DNA of 64,000 nt from Podarcis filfolensis. Lineage: Eukaryota. The DNA is taken from NCBI GenBank assembly GCA_964270895.1, contig OZ185436.1; one strand, given 5' to 3'. This document shows positions 12,842 through 24,342 of the stretch, piece by piece. Numbering within the stretch: position 1 is the first letter of the stretch; every line of letters begins with the position of its first letter. The notes under the pieces were generated by a model. That model was not told the origin of the DNA. It saw nothing but the letters and a program-made list of their open reading frames with translations, and made no database searches. The position numbers and the translations under genes are program-made.

Positions 12842-13106
12842 CCTGTAGTTACGGACTCAATCCGTTCCGGGATGCCATTTGCACCCCGAAAAGTCCATAA
12901 CTAGAGCACGGCGCAATACAGCACTTCTGTGCATGTGCAAAGCGCGCAGAACGCTTCTGCGCACGTGGCGAAACCCAGAAGTGTGCCGCATTCGCAAGCC
13001 AAAAAGCCAAAACATGAACCTAACACAACACGACTTAATATATATATATAACATTGAAAGCAGAAGAAAATGTGATGTTTACTTGTGTTCAAGTACTACT
13101 TCAAGC

Positions 13107-13450
13107 GGGACGTGGGTGGCGCTGTGGGTTAAACCACAGAGCTTAGGACTTGCTGATCAGAAGGTCGGCAGTTCGAATCCCCATGACAGAGTGAGCTCCC
13201 GTTGCTCAATCCCTGCTCCTGCCAACCTAGCAGTTGGAAAGCACGTCAAAGTGCAAGTAGATAAATAGGTACCGCTCCGGCAGGAAGGTAAACAGTGTTT
13301 CCATGTGCTGCTCTGGTTCGCCAGAAGCGGCTTAGTCATGCTGGCCACATGACCTGGAAGCTGTACGCCGGCTCCCTCAGCCAATAAAGCGAGATGAGCA
13401 CCGCAACCCCAGAGTCAGCCATGACTGGACCTAATGGTCAGTGGTCTCTT
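13107..13450 (+). mobile_element. Sauria SINE, full length
   Basis: tRNA-like head GGGACGTGGGTGGCGCTGTGGG...GTTCGAATCC and typical body; 13-bp TSD tactacttcaagc (13094-13106 and 13451-13463). Confidence 0.92.
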
Positions 13451-14299
13451 TACTACTTCAAGCACTTTTTCTTATACTTTTAACATAACACAAAGTCTAG
13501 ACAGGATAAGTCAGAAGTCAAACACAAAACGCACCCAAACTCTAAGGTGTGACAACTATCCTTTGAAGGTAGTTGCACAATTAAACCACATATTTCAGCA
13601 ATGCAAGCTAGTAAAGCCATACCTCATTTTGCTAAATTCTGCCTTGCAACTAGTCATCTAGCAAGAGGCAATTGTGGGTCAGAATGCATGCACAATAAGA
13701 TATCAGTCATTGACACTGTTGGAAAAAACACAGTAATAAACCAGAGCAGGCTACTGTCTCAATGCATCTACAAACTAGTTCACATGAAACTTCCCTATAC
13801 ATTCCATCAAATGGAGAACTGACTGAAATTCAGAGAAACAATATTAATCATGGCTCTTTAGCCCATAGTTTAACTTGGAAGGAAGGAGTGGTAAAAGGCA
13901 ATGCATTTCCAACCTTTTCTCCCTCCAACACACTGAGCAGCTGCTCTCATTCTGTTAACAAAGGATTTAGCCTTACACAACAGAACTTCCCCCTCCTGCA
14001 CACACACCCTGGGGGAAACTCCAGAACAAATTGGGGGGGGGGGATGAGAGGGGGAAAGTTCCACTGTGAAAACAGAAATCCTTCCACCAACGGAATGACT
14101 GACTTAGCACTACTTTGGATACAAGTCTAAGTCCGGGGACGAGAGGGCATAGTGTGAACACTTGGTGAAACCTTCAGAAGCTAAGTTAATGCTTTGCCAA
14201 AGAAAGCAGGCTTAGGTCTGATCAGCACCTGGAACCAAGTCCTATATTACCTATGTAACCCTATGTATCTACTCCTGAAATTCATGATAGAGAAGAGGA

Positions 14300-14518
14300 G
14301 GAGTTTGGATTTGATATCCCGCTTTATCACTACCCTAAGGAGTCTCAAAGTGGCTAACAATCTCCTTTCCCTTCCGTGAGGTGAGTGAGGCTGAGAGACT
14401 TCAGAGAAGTGTGACTAGCCCAAGGTCACCCAGCAACTGCATGTGGAGGAGTGGGGAATCGAACCCAGTTCACCAGATTACAAGTCCACTGTTCTTAACC
14501 GCTACACCACACTGGCTC
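14300..14518 (-). mobile_element. tRNA-derived CORE/MIR-like SINE
   Basis: Minus strand GAGCCAGTGTGGTGTAGCGGTTAAG (A box) ... GGTTCGATTCCCC (B box), followed by a gcccaaggtcacccagc core; shorter copy at about 23690-23827. Confidence 0.7.
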
Positions 14519-15085
14519 ATCATATATTTAACAAAATAGTCTTCTTCTTTTTAAAAAGGGTAACTCGAGGAAGTTAAACATGATTAATTTGCAAGCATGC
14601 TTCTCTGCTAAGGTGAATCTAGAATAGCAAAAATGCACAGTGTTCAAAACTCCCATTGTTCTAGGCACATTTTGCAACAGGGAATTTCATTAGCATGAGC
14701 CGTTTCTGAGCTCTGGGCGCAGTACTGCACCTAAGATTTCTGATTAAAACTGCATAGTGGAAGGAAAGGAGGAACTTTTGCTGCCTCCCCACTTCCAGCT
14801 ACTCTCTCTGGAGAAGAGACCCTCTTAAAAATATTGGGGGGTGGGCAGGGGAAAGACTAGACCATGTGAAAAGTGAACATAATATTTTAGCTGCAGTTCA
14901 TTCATTTTCAGCTTTGTATTCTTGTTATTAAATAGCGCACCTAGACATTCCGTTGTTGAGCCCATAATCTACGTTTAAGGTGCCATTTAGCTGCTAGCTT
15001 TCATATTCCAGGTTTTAACACCAGAAATGCTCTGTCTCCATCACCTGGGCTGTTTGGGCAATCTATCCCCTTCCCCTAAACAAGA

Positions 15086-15217
15086 CACTAGCTCAGTTTT
15101 TTAGAGTGCTGATAACACCACAGTTGTGGGCTCAATCCCCATATGGGACAGCTGCATATTCCTGCATTGAAGGGCTGGACCAGATGATCCTCAGGGTCCC
15201 TTCCAATTCTATGATTC
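15086..15217 (+). mobile_element. tRNA-head / CR1-tail SINE
   Basis: TAGCTCAGT...CAATCCCC head followed by a GGACCAGATGATCCTCAGGGTCCCTTCCAATTCTATGATTC CR1-type tail. Confidence 0.7.
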
Positions 15218-15343
15218 AATTATTCCTGGAGCCAATTATTCACTTCTGCAAATGGAGATGATGCACTTTTGACCCCTCAATTTATGCATTTCTATGTATT
15301 TCACATTTGTATGACTAGGAACAGAAAAACCTGGGGCACCTAG

Positions 15344-16086
15344 CAGTGTTTGAAATTAGCCAGGTACATTTTGGTAGTGGTGTTGCGACTACGTGGAGAT
15401 TTCTGGGTGCCAGGTTGGTGACCAGAGTTTAAAAACCTCTGCCTTAGTCCATAGTTAATACCACTTCCATTTTCAGTTTGCGCGTTTCTCCTTCTTGTAT
15501 AATGGGACAAGTGAATTGTTGTAAGAACAAGCTACAGTCAAGCAATGTAGTTGAGATCATAGAATTGTAGTCCTGGAAGGGACCCCAAAGTTCATCTAGT
15601 AAAGGCAAAGTAAAGGACCCCTGGACAGTTAAGTCCAGTTGAATTCGACTATGAGGTCCGGCGCTCATCTCTGCTTTCAGGCCGAGGGAGCTGGCATTTA
15701 TCCATGGACAACTTTTCCAGGTCATGTGGCCAGCATGACTAAACCACTTCTGGAGCACGGAACACCATGACGAGTGCCAGAGCGCATGGAAACGCTGCTT
15801 ATCTTCCCACTGCAGCGGTACCTATTTATCTACTCGCACTGGTATGCTTTTGAACTGCTAGGTTGGCAGGAGCTGAAACAAAGAAGCAGGAGCTCACCCC
15901 ATCACAAGGATTTGAACCACCGACCTTATGATCGGCAAGCCCAAGAGACTCAGTGGTTTACACCACAGCGCCACCAGGGTCATCTAGCCCAACCCCCTAA
16001 CGAAAAGACATTCAGTTGTGATGACAGTAACCTAGATTTAAGGGGCCACTTGGCACCTAGCTTATATATCTGAGTTTCTAACAATG
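15344..16086. mobile_element. hAT-type element hosting a CR1-tail fragment and a Sauria SINE
   Basis: Imperfect TIRs CAGTGTTTGAAA ... TTTCTAACAATG; exact 8-bp flank gcacctag (15336-15343 and 16087-16094). Confidence 0.6.
15600..15975 (-). mobile_element. Sauria SINE inserted in a CR1-tail fragment
   Basis: Same body as the other copies; tcatctag is duplicated at 15592-15599 and 15980-15987. Confidence 0.85.
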
Positions 16087-16514
16087 GCACCTAGTCCTCA
16101 AGCCACCTAAAAAATTGCCACTGGCACTTAAGAAATGTTTAAGAACTAGTTCACGGTCAATGAATTTGAAACATTTCATTCATGTTGTCCTTATGACAAT
16201 TTTCCAAAATTATATGGACATATGAGATTTAGAACCAATCCCACCAATGTTTTTTTTCTTTTTTTTACAAACCTATTTTAAGAGAAAAGACACTATTTGA
16301 TAGCCTTCATTCAACAGCCATAAGCAAAGGTACACAGACAGTTTTTGTAATGAAAATGCATCTTAAGCCAAACCAATCAAAAGTTAGATGCCATGACTCC
16401 ACCTTTTCAAAATTGTCCGTTTAATGCCTTCCCTCTGGTCAGTTTGAAAGAGTTCTGTACAGTCATACCTCTTCTTGCAAACGCATCATGTTGCTTTTTT
16501 TGGGTTAAGAACAT

Positions 16515-16680
16515 GGCAAACCCGGAAGTGTTTACTTCTGGGTTTTACCGTGCGCGTGTGCGCACAAGCACATACAGAAGCGCACATACACATGCACAGA
16601 AGCCCCACTCTGGTTACAGACTTTTCGGCGTGAAAACGGCACCCCGGAATGGATCGTGTCTGCAACCAGAGGTACCACTG
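16515..16680. mobile_element. Tc1/mariner (Tigger-like) MITE fragment
   Basis: Ends GAGGTACCACTG|TA; internal sequence aligns by eye with the 10694/12859 copy. Confidence 0.7.
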
Positions 16681-18329
16681 TAGTTTTGTTTCTTATGATG
16701 AAGTGGTAGCAAATAGGATAACCATAGAACAGGGCCCAATATTCAAAGGTCGGCTTAAACACACACACAAAATCCCTAAAATGCAAATCCTTATGTTATG
16801 CGGAAGTCAGTTCCTAGAGTTTCCAAAGCAACTTATCAAACAGTGCTAGGAGCAGGTTTCAGAAAGGGATGGGGTGGGGTCATTTCAGAAATCCTTTCAT
16901 ACATACAAAGCATGTTGTGCAGCCTTTTTGACCAGGGCCTGTAACAAGTCTGTATGTAGAAAGAAACTGCCCTGATGCTCCTAAGGACAGAACAAGGGGG
17001 ACCTGCAAAAGGAGTGTTGCTGTATGGAGTGTTCCTGTTCAGGGTTACAGCCAGATATACCCTCTTCCACTATATTCCCCTCCAACTGCCTCCCAAAGAT
17101 GCTCTGTGGCCAGTGAGCATGCTTAGCCGTCACTGCCCTGTTGATATGTGTGTGGACTGTCCCTCTTGTATTCCTTATGGATTGTTTGTACATCTGCAAA
17201 CCCTGTGGTTTCATCATACTGATACCTCCCCTCTTGGTTATCATGGGCCCTGCTTTTGCTAAAGTCCACCAATATTAACCAGCTCAGTTTGCTTTTAGGA
17301 GAGACAAAAGTTTCTAATAGCAAAGTTTAGTGTCTATAATCAAACTAACATGATTTTCATTCTGATATTAGTTCTCTACAGGCACTCTCTTATGTTACAT
17401 AAACACATGACGGGGGATGCAAAGACAAGTATCTTGTTTGACAAGATTTTACTAGACTATGATTTAGACTTTTAAAATTTTTAAAAGTAGCTATAATTTG
17501 TAAAAACAGTATAAAGACATCAGTTAAAACTAAATAAAACTTAACACCACAAAACTACAGAGCTGATTTTAAAATCCATCAAAAGCCAGACAAAGCAAAA
17601 CGGTATTTAGGGTTTGCCTAAAGTTAGGAAAAGATGGTGCCAACCTGACCTCCAAGGAAGGCAAGTTTCACAATTGGGTGCTGGTACAGAAAAGGCCCTG
17701 TCCTGGGTATCCATCAACCTAGCTTCCCTTTGTGGTGGCACATACAATACGGTCACTGATAAAAGACTGTTAATTTTGGACAGGAGGCCATCTTTCAGAT
17801 ATCAAGTATTGGTATTTTTGAAATTGTGTTGTGTTATATTGGGTTGAAACCAGTCTAAGTTAGTTGCATTAGGGTCCTACTGAAAACTGTATGAAATGTT
17901 AGTTAAGACTTAAGTCGCAGTTATTTCACTGGAAACAAAGTGCAACTAAATTTTAATCCAAGCTATCATTCGCCAAACCAGTTAATCATTTGCAAAAATA
18001 ATATAACAAAAAACATACTGGAAAACCTGTTCAGTTTCTCCAACACAAACTATTTGATGCAAGAATAATCTAAGAGTGCATATGCTTTCTTGTGCTTCAT
18101 GTATTTTACATGTGAGGAACAGAGCTGTCTTATTACTGATCTTCTAAGTCACTCTGGGAACTTTTGGCTAAAGAATGGAGTAAAAGTGTTTTGGATAGAT
18201 AATCAATAAAATAAATCAGAAATTACAAAGCAGAGCCATAATGCCAACCAAATCAATGGAGGTAAAAATAAATAAATAAATAAATCACAACTTCATTCAT
18301 CCAGGTGATGTACTTCAATGTTTTTTAAA

Positions 18330-18680
18330 GAAGTGGAATGGACCTCTAAGGCCATCTGGTTCAACCCTAGCTGATGAACACTATAGCATTCCACCACTTT
18401 CCAGGGCAGCCTGTTCCACTGTCAAACTGTGCTAACCAGAGGTGCAGAACTCAAACCATGATCTGAACACCTAGTTGCACGTGCAGTTATTCCTAATGTT
18501 TAGCTGAAATCACCTTTCATGTAATTCAAACCCTTTGGTTCGGGTCCTACTATCTGAAGCAACAGGAAACAGGCTCAATCCAATCATGTGACAGCCCTTG
18601 GAGGTATTTGAAGAGATACATACTGCCTTTTAATTGTCTCTTTTCCAGACTAAACAAACCCAACTCCATTAACCTTCACC
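18330..18680 (-). mobile_element. CR1 LINE 3' fragment (degraded)
   Basis: Reverse complement of a CR1 ORF2 C-terminus/3' UTR (ggcagcctgttccactgtc, tgtttagctgaaatc); boundaries approximate. Confidence 0.65.
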
Positions 18681-21666
18681 ATCCAGTTTGATTTCATTTT
18701 CTAATCTCTCAGAATCATGCAGCTATAGTTTTAACTTCATATTCACAGTGCAGCAGCCTCTGGAGGCAGAGCAACAGTAACTGTCAATTTAGACATCACA
18801 TCACATCCATTAGCACTGGCCATTTGGCCTGCTAGTCTGCCAACCGACTGAAATCATGCTTTTGTCAATTCAGACAATATGCAAAATTACAGTCTTCCTT
18901 TAACCATAGTTTGAACCATCTTCAGCCATTAGCTCTTCCTGCCGGGGGGGGGAGTCTGTTAGACTCCTGGTGACCCTGCTGCTTCACTGGGTCCAGCTAA
19001 ATCATCCTCAACTTCAGTGTCTTCCCCCTCTGACCTGCTGCACCTCTTGGGCCTTACATTAGCTACACATGGGGTGGATAACCTGTTCCCTTTCATTTGT
19101 TGTCAGGCTCCAACTTCCATTACCCACTATAGCCAATGGTCAGGGATGATGTCCAGCAACACCTGGAGAGTCACAGATTAGCAAGCCCTGAATTATGCAA
19201 TGATCACAAGTGCATGCCATGGTAATCAATGTTTGAAATTTGCCAGGAGCACTTTGCACCTGGTTATCGGCCACTTGCAGCCAAATGAAGATGCCCGGGC
19301 ACCAGGATGACACCTGACCAACTGGGGGTGCAAGCCTGGGGATCCTTGGATCTTGACTGTTTTCATACACTAGCAACACATCTAGCATTATTATATTGTA
19401 TTTTATCTGCACAAACATAATGAATTTCAGGAACCAAATAGCTGTATTGAAAAATATAACTTTTGAGGCATCTAGCCCCAAAATTGCAACTAGGCATTCT
19501 GTTTTGGAAACTGTTACCCTGGTTTAAGGAGCCATTTGGTGCCTAGCCATATCTGAGTTTTTAACACTGATGGTAATCCAACAAATCACAGTAAACCAAG
19601 AACATTCCTGGACCTGTCATTGCAGTTTGCTTGGTGCCAATGAATCACAATCCGTGATTCAGATCTAACACTAAGCAGGGGATCATAGTTTGCTTCCACC
19701 CAACACAAGCACAATGGAGAAAATTAGGCACAATTGGCTTGTGCACAGGTAGCCATAGTTTATAGCTTACAATGTGAAAACACAACCAGCATGTGTAGTT
19801 AGCAACATGCAAACAAAGAAGACAACAAAAACTTCAATGATTACTTCTGAGATGAAAGAACAGTTGCCTTGGCAAACATTCCGTATCCTCATAATAATTT
19901 ATCATCACTCAACCAAATCAATTTCCTTTACTGAAAGAAGTCACCAATTACTTCATTATATACATTTATGGAATTGGGTGGCTAAAGTATACTCTGCATT
20001 TCCTAAAAATATACTTCCATTAATGTTTTATTATTTAAAAACAACTGCCGGTTTAATAAAGCAAAAAGTAAAATTTAAACAATTAAACTAAAAAATAGCC
20101 TCACTAACCAACATGTAACTTCCATACAATCCAGTGGTTTTTAAATGACATCTACAGTTCTTCATAACAAAAGACTGGCTTTCAAAGCAAGATCATACAA
20201 TTTTCAACCTTAGCAGTAAAAATTTAAATAATATTATGCTCTGCATCTAAGCACAGGCCTGAATAGAATCTTATCAAAAGTGAAAACTCCATCAACAGAA
20301 TGCAGAACAGCCAAATCTATTACGTAATAAATGCAGCTTTATTCCTACTGTTGCACAATGTAATTAAATCCGGGGGGGGGGGGCAGTTGCTTCATACAAG
20401 TATGTCATTGAATAATTCTGTATCCATTCAGTAAAGGACTTATGTAGGTTACAACATGGCATTGTAGTTTATGTAGTTCACAAACTTCCAGCAGCAGAAG
20501 CCTCTTATGACTAAGACATCAAAATTTCTTACTGGTTCACAATTGCAACCCAGTTTTTAACTACTTAAATTGAATTGGAATATCTACAAGAAGTGCCTTT
20601 ACTAAGTTTATTTTCTGCTTACACATGGTTCACTTTGATTATGAGGTACAAATGCCAGAAGTCACAGTACATCATACAGAAGTGAAATGTAAGAGTTCAG
20701 AATGTCCAGCTATTTCAAAAAAGGTAAGTAGAATAACCATCCTAAATTGAATCCATTTACTGTAGTCTCTCCACTTGCCAAACTTATTACTAACAATATT
20801 CGTAAGCAAAACCCAACCAGATTATTTTTTTCAGATATACAAGGTATTTAACAGTACTGCCTGATGTTTTAGAGCACTAGCAAAGAGCTGCTAAAAGTCT
20901 TGACTCAGAATCTTTTCCTTTGTATAAAGTTTTTTTTAAGTGCTTTTTATGAGTTTCACAATAGAAAAGCAGACTGAGCCGCGACTTTATTTACTCTCCC
21001 ACTAGCTACTAGTTCCCTCCATTACAAGACTGGGGACCTCTCAAGTAGATCTCACAATGAAATTCCATTTTCAAAGGAGAATAAAAGGAAGGAAGGTGAT
21101 TTAGGCAGCAGTGCGTAATTAAGAGCTCAGTGATGCATATGTCGTCAGCAACTGTAAGGGGCTTCCACTTTCTGCACTCTTCCTTCCCTTCCCAGTCCTC
21201 AGAAGCCCCAATCTTTCAAGATACAATACTAATGGTAGAAGGGAATGGGAGCAAGGTGGGAAATTAAAGAAATATATTCCACTTCTTGGGAATGTTTAAG
21301 TACTGACATCCGCCATTTTCTGAGCAGAGGAGGAAGACATGTTGGAACAAAAACACAAAAGGGAGCAGCCATTTCCACTGTTCTATTCCAATCCTCAGAG
21401 TAACCAGTACTCCTGTTTCAACTACTGCCATATTCTCAAGTACTAGATAATTTTGTTGGTGCAGAGATGGGGAAGGGAAACAAGCAGCTGGTAGGGAAGG
21501 ATCCTTCAAGATCTTTTTCTAGATGCAACTTGCTACCACTCATAATAAGGCTTATTTCAGGCAACATATATGTATCACTTCCTCTAGCAGTGAAAAACAA
21601 AATACACTCATCCTTTGGGGAAAAGAGATAATGACTACTTTATCTCCCAAGAGCTATAATTCTTAC

Positions 21667-21773
21667 CGTATGTGAGGGATGCCAACTCCCCCTTGCAGAA
21701 TCTTGTATAGTTTGCTTTCATATAGCAGCTGGGGATGTCTGGCCTTCTGAGACTCCAACTTCACAGCTACTTC
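21667..21773 (-). CDS. CSNK1A1: Casein kinase 1 alpha, coding exon 2 (107 nt)
   Basis: CTGCAG|GAA acceptor; encodes [35 protein letters not shown](R); CG|GTAAGA donor, phase 2. Confidence 0.99.
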
Positions 21774-22419
21774 CTGCAGTGAAGAGGGAATATGGGTCAG
21801 AGATCCTATTGGAGCAAGAGGACTGCATTTCTCCACTACAGCATATTTGAGGGCATGGGAAAGCCTTCCACAGGAATATCCTGGTAAGTGACAAGCTCCG
21901 CAAACGTATTCCACACAGTGCCGACTTCTGTAAATATCCATCCTAGGGATACTAACATTAATCCATTATTCCCAGAAAGTGTTAAAACACTATGATGAAG
22001 GTGCCTTCATTGCCTCTTGAACGAGGTTAATTGTGAATGCAAGAAAAGAGCTTAGGTGCAGTTTCTCTATAGATCACATAAGGATCCCCCCCTCAACAAT
22101 ACAAACGGCCTCTTTATCCATCTATTACCAGGCAGCCTGGCGTTTTATGTACTACAAACACTACTAAGCTAACAATTAAAAGAGTCGGGGCGGGGGGAGA
22201 GAAAATTTTCAAAACTGAACCAAGCATTGCAGACTCATCACTGCAAATACAGGACGGAAACCCTATTACAAAAATACAAATCAAAACCCTACACCGTGAA
22301 GGTGCTTATTATGATTTGTCACGATCGTGTTCTTCCCACCCCCACCCCGCAAAAAGAATCTAAGAAATAAGTTCCAAAATAAAAATGAGGAGGAAAAAGT
22401 CCGACGCTAATATCTATAA

Positions 22420-23480
22420 ACGACTAAAGCGGAGAGGCGGCGAAGGAGAAGTCAGAAACGGCCCTCGACATAAGGGCGAAGTGGGGGCGGCCAGGCTTTG
22501 TGGCAAGAGAGTCCGGGGAGCTTTTCCTGGCGCTTTCCCCCCGAGTTGATGTTCTGCCAGGCGGGGTGGGGGGAAAGGAGCGAGAAGCGAATCTCGGACG
22601 CGACGGGGGAAGAGAGGGGGGGGAGAAGAGGCCCGGGCGCCCGCCGGCCCTTACCTCCCCGTTGGTGATATTGATGGCCAAGTATATGTCCCCGAAGGAG
22701 CCCGAGCCGATCTTCCGCACCAGCTTGTATTTGCCCCCGACGATGAACTCGGCCTTGGAGCCGCTGCTGCTCGCCATGGCGACTGGGGGAGAGCGCGAGC
22801 GGGGAGGGGGGGAGGGGGGCTTGTTCACACGTCGAGAGCCCGACTGCCGAGTTTCTCCTCAAGGAGCCCCCGCTACGAAAAAGCCAGGATTTCGAGGGGT
22901 CTGTCGGTGGGAGGAAGAAGAAGAAGAGGGGGGAAGTGTATGGAGGACGGGGGGAGGGAGGACTCCGGTCCCCGAGGCTCCGTTCGCAACCAGGCCCCTT
23001 TGTAGGAAGCGGACGTCCCCCTCCACACGCTTCCGCGGCTGTCAGCGCTCTCTCTGCCCTCTCAGGAAAGGCAGCCCTGAGGGCTGGGAAGGGAGGGAGA
23101 AGCTCGAGCGGATCCGGCTGCCGCCGCCGCCGCCTGGCGCTTCATTCGGCCGCCGCCGCCATCTTGTCTGTCTCTCTCTTGCTCTCGCTCTCTTTCTCTC
23201 TCTCTTTCGCTGCTGATATCCAGGACACAAAATGCCTCCAGCCCGCGACCGACGCTTCTTCACCGCGCAGAGCACTCTGGGAAACAGGGGAGGAGAAGCG
23301 TCTCTCTGCGCATGCGTTTCCCGGAGGGAGGACAAGCAGGAAGTGTGCGTGATCTTAACGGCTTGGAAGGGATCGGCTGGTTTGGCGCATGCGCAGAAAG
23401 GCGCGGGTTGTGTTTGCCCCCCGCCTTAAGAGTAGACCCGCCCGTTAAGTACCGTAGGCAACTCTTTGAATTACGCAGTT
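22420..23480 (-). promoter_or_regulatory. CpG-island promoter / 5' leader of CSNK1A1
   Basis: GC/CpG-rich block spanning exon 1. NRF1-type sites TGCGCATGCG (23307-23316) and GCGCATGCGCA (23385-23395), ETS site CAGGAAGT (23337-23344), YY1-type AAGATGGCG on the minus strand (23157-23165), and CCCGCC GC boxes near 23418-23444. Confidence 0.9.
22655..22777 (-). CDS. CSNK1A1: Casein kinase 1 alpha, coding exon 1 (123 nt)
   Basis: Translates [41 protein letters not shown], the CK1-alpha N-terminus with the glycine-rich loop. ATG at 22777 has a GCCATGG context; the exon ends GAG|GTAAGG. Confidence 0.99.
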
Positions 23481-23877
23481 TTCATCACGCTACACATGGG
23501 GTTGGGAGGGGCAGGGGGAGATAAGAAAGAAAGAAAGGTTTAATATAGCGTATAGTCCAAGAGAGGCTTCTCGAAGTGACTGAAGCAACCGGTTCAAGCC
23601 CTTATACTGTAACTGGAATGTGCCAGGTGTGCGGGGCTTGATCGTTTGCTTTTTATCGCGTTCATGCTGCATGGAATTCGGGGTGGCGTACGTGTCTCTT
23701 CCGCCTCCTCATGTAATCCCCACAACAACCCTGCGGGGTAGGTTAGTCTGAGCTTCATGGCTGGGTTGGGATTTAAACCCTGGTCTCCCAGGTCTTGGTC
23801 CTACCCTCTTAACCACTACACCACACTTTCCATAGGGTCCACACGTCTAATTATGTTAGATGCCCAAGTGAATCGGC

Positions 23878-23980
23878 ATTGTTGTTTAGTCGTGTCCGAC
23901 TCTTCATGACCCCATGGACCAGAGCACGCCAGGCACTCCTGTCTTCCATGCCTCCCGCAGTTTGAACAAACTCATGTTGG
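23878..23980 (-). mobile_element. RTE-BovB LINE 3' end
   Basis: Minus strand ...GCCTGGCGTGCTCTGGTCCATGGGGTCATGAAGAGTCGGACACGACTAAACAACAA, the characteristic BovB terminus with a (CAA) tail. Confidence 0.85.
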
Positions 23981-24116
23981 GCATACAGGAATACAATCCA
24001 GAAAACCTTTAGAAGAAGCAGGAGGAAAATGCCCAAATTGCAAGGCTAAAATGCAGGTGGAGGGCATCTACACCTATCTGAGTTCCGGGGAAGAAAAGTG
24101 TGGCACACATTATGTA

Positions 24117-24342
24117 CAGTGGTACCTCGGGTTAAGAACTTAATTCAATATGGAGGTCTCTTCTTAACCTGAAACTGTTCTTAACCTGAAGCACCACTTT
24201 AGCTAATGGGGCCTCCTGCTGCCTCTGCGCCGCCGCTGCATGATTTCTGTTCTCATACAGAAGCAAAGTTCTTAATCCAAGGTAATATTTCTGGGTTAGT
24301 GGAGTCTGTAACCTGAAGCGTATGTAACCCGAGGTACCACTG
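24117..24342. mobile_element. Tc1/mariner (Tigger-like) MITE
   Basis: TIRs CAGTGGTACCTCGGGTTA ... TAACCCGAGGTACCACTG with TA on both flanks; same family as 44946-45160. Confidence 0.9.

Larger units (their letters stand above)
10694..13005. mobile_element. Tc1/mariner (Tigger-like) MITE split by the L1-like insertion
   Basis: TA|CAGTGGTACC terminus at 10694. The sequence resumes after the TSD at 12859 and matches the reverse-oriented copy ending at 16680. The right boundary is approximate. Confidence 0.7.

Noticed and set aside
21663-21941. 92-aa ORF ending in EVAVKLES...
   Set aside because: Exon 2 plus open intronic sequence upstream of the acceptor at 21774; no evidence of an alternative N-terminus.
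22424-22828. 134-aa ORF containing the CK1 N-terminus
   Set aside because: It is exon 1 read through its GTAAG donor into intron 1, with a non-ATG upstream extension; the real CDS part is 22655-22777.
22452-23524. Several long ORFs over the CpG island (for example 22500-23216, 238 aa)
   Set aside because: Low-complexity G/R/P-rich translations expected from stop-poor GC-rich DNA; no recognisable domain.
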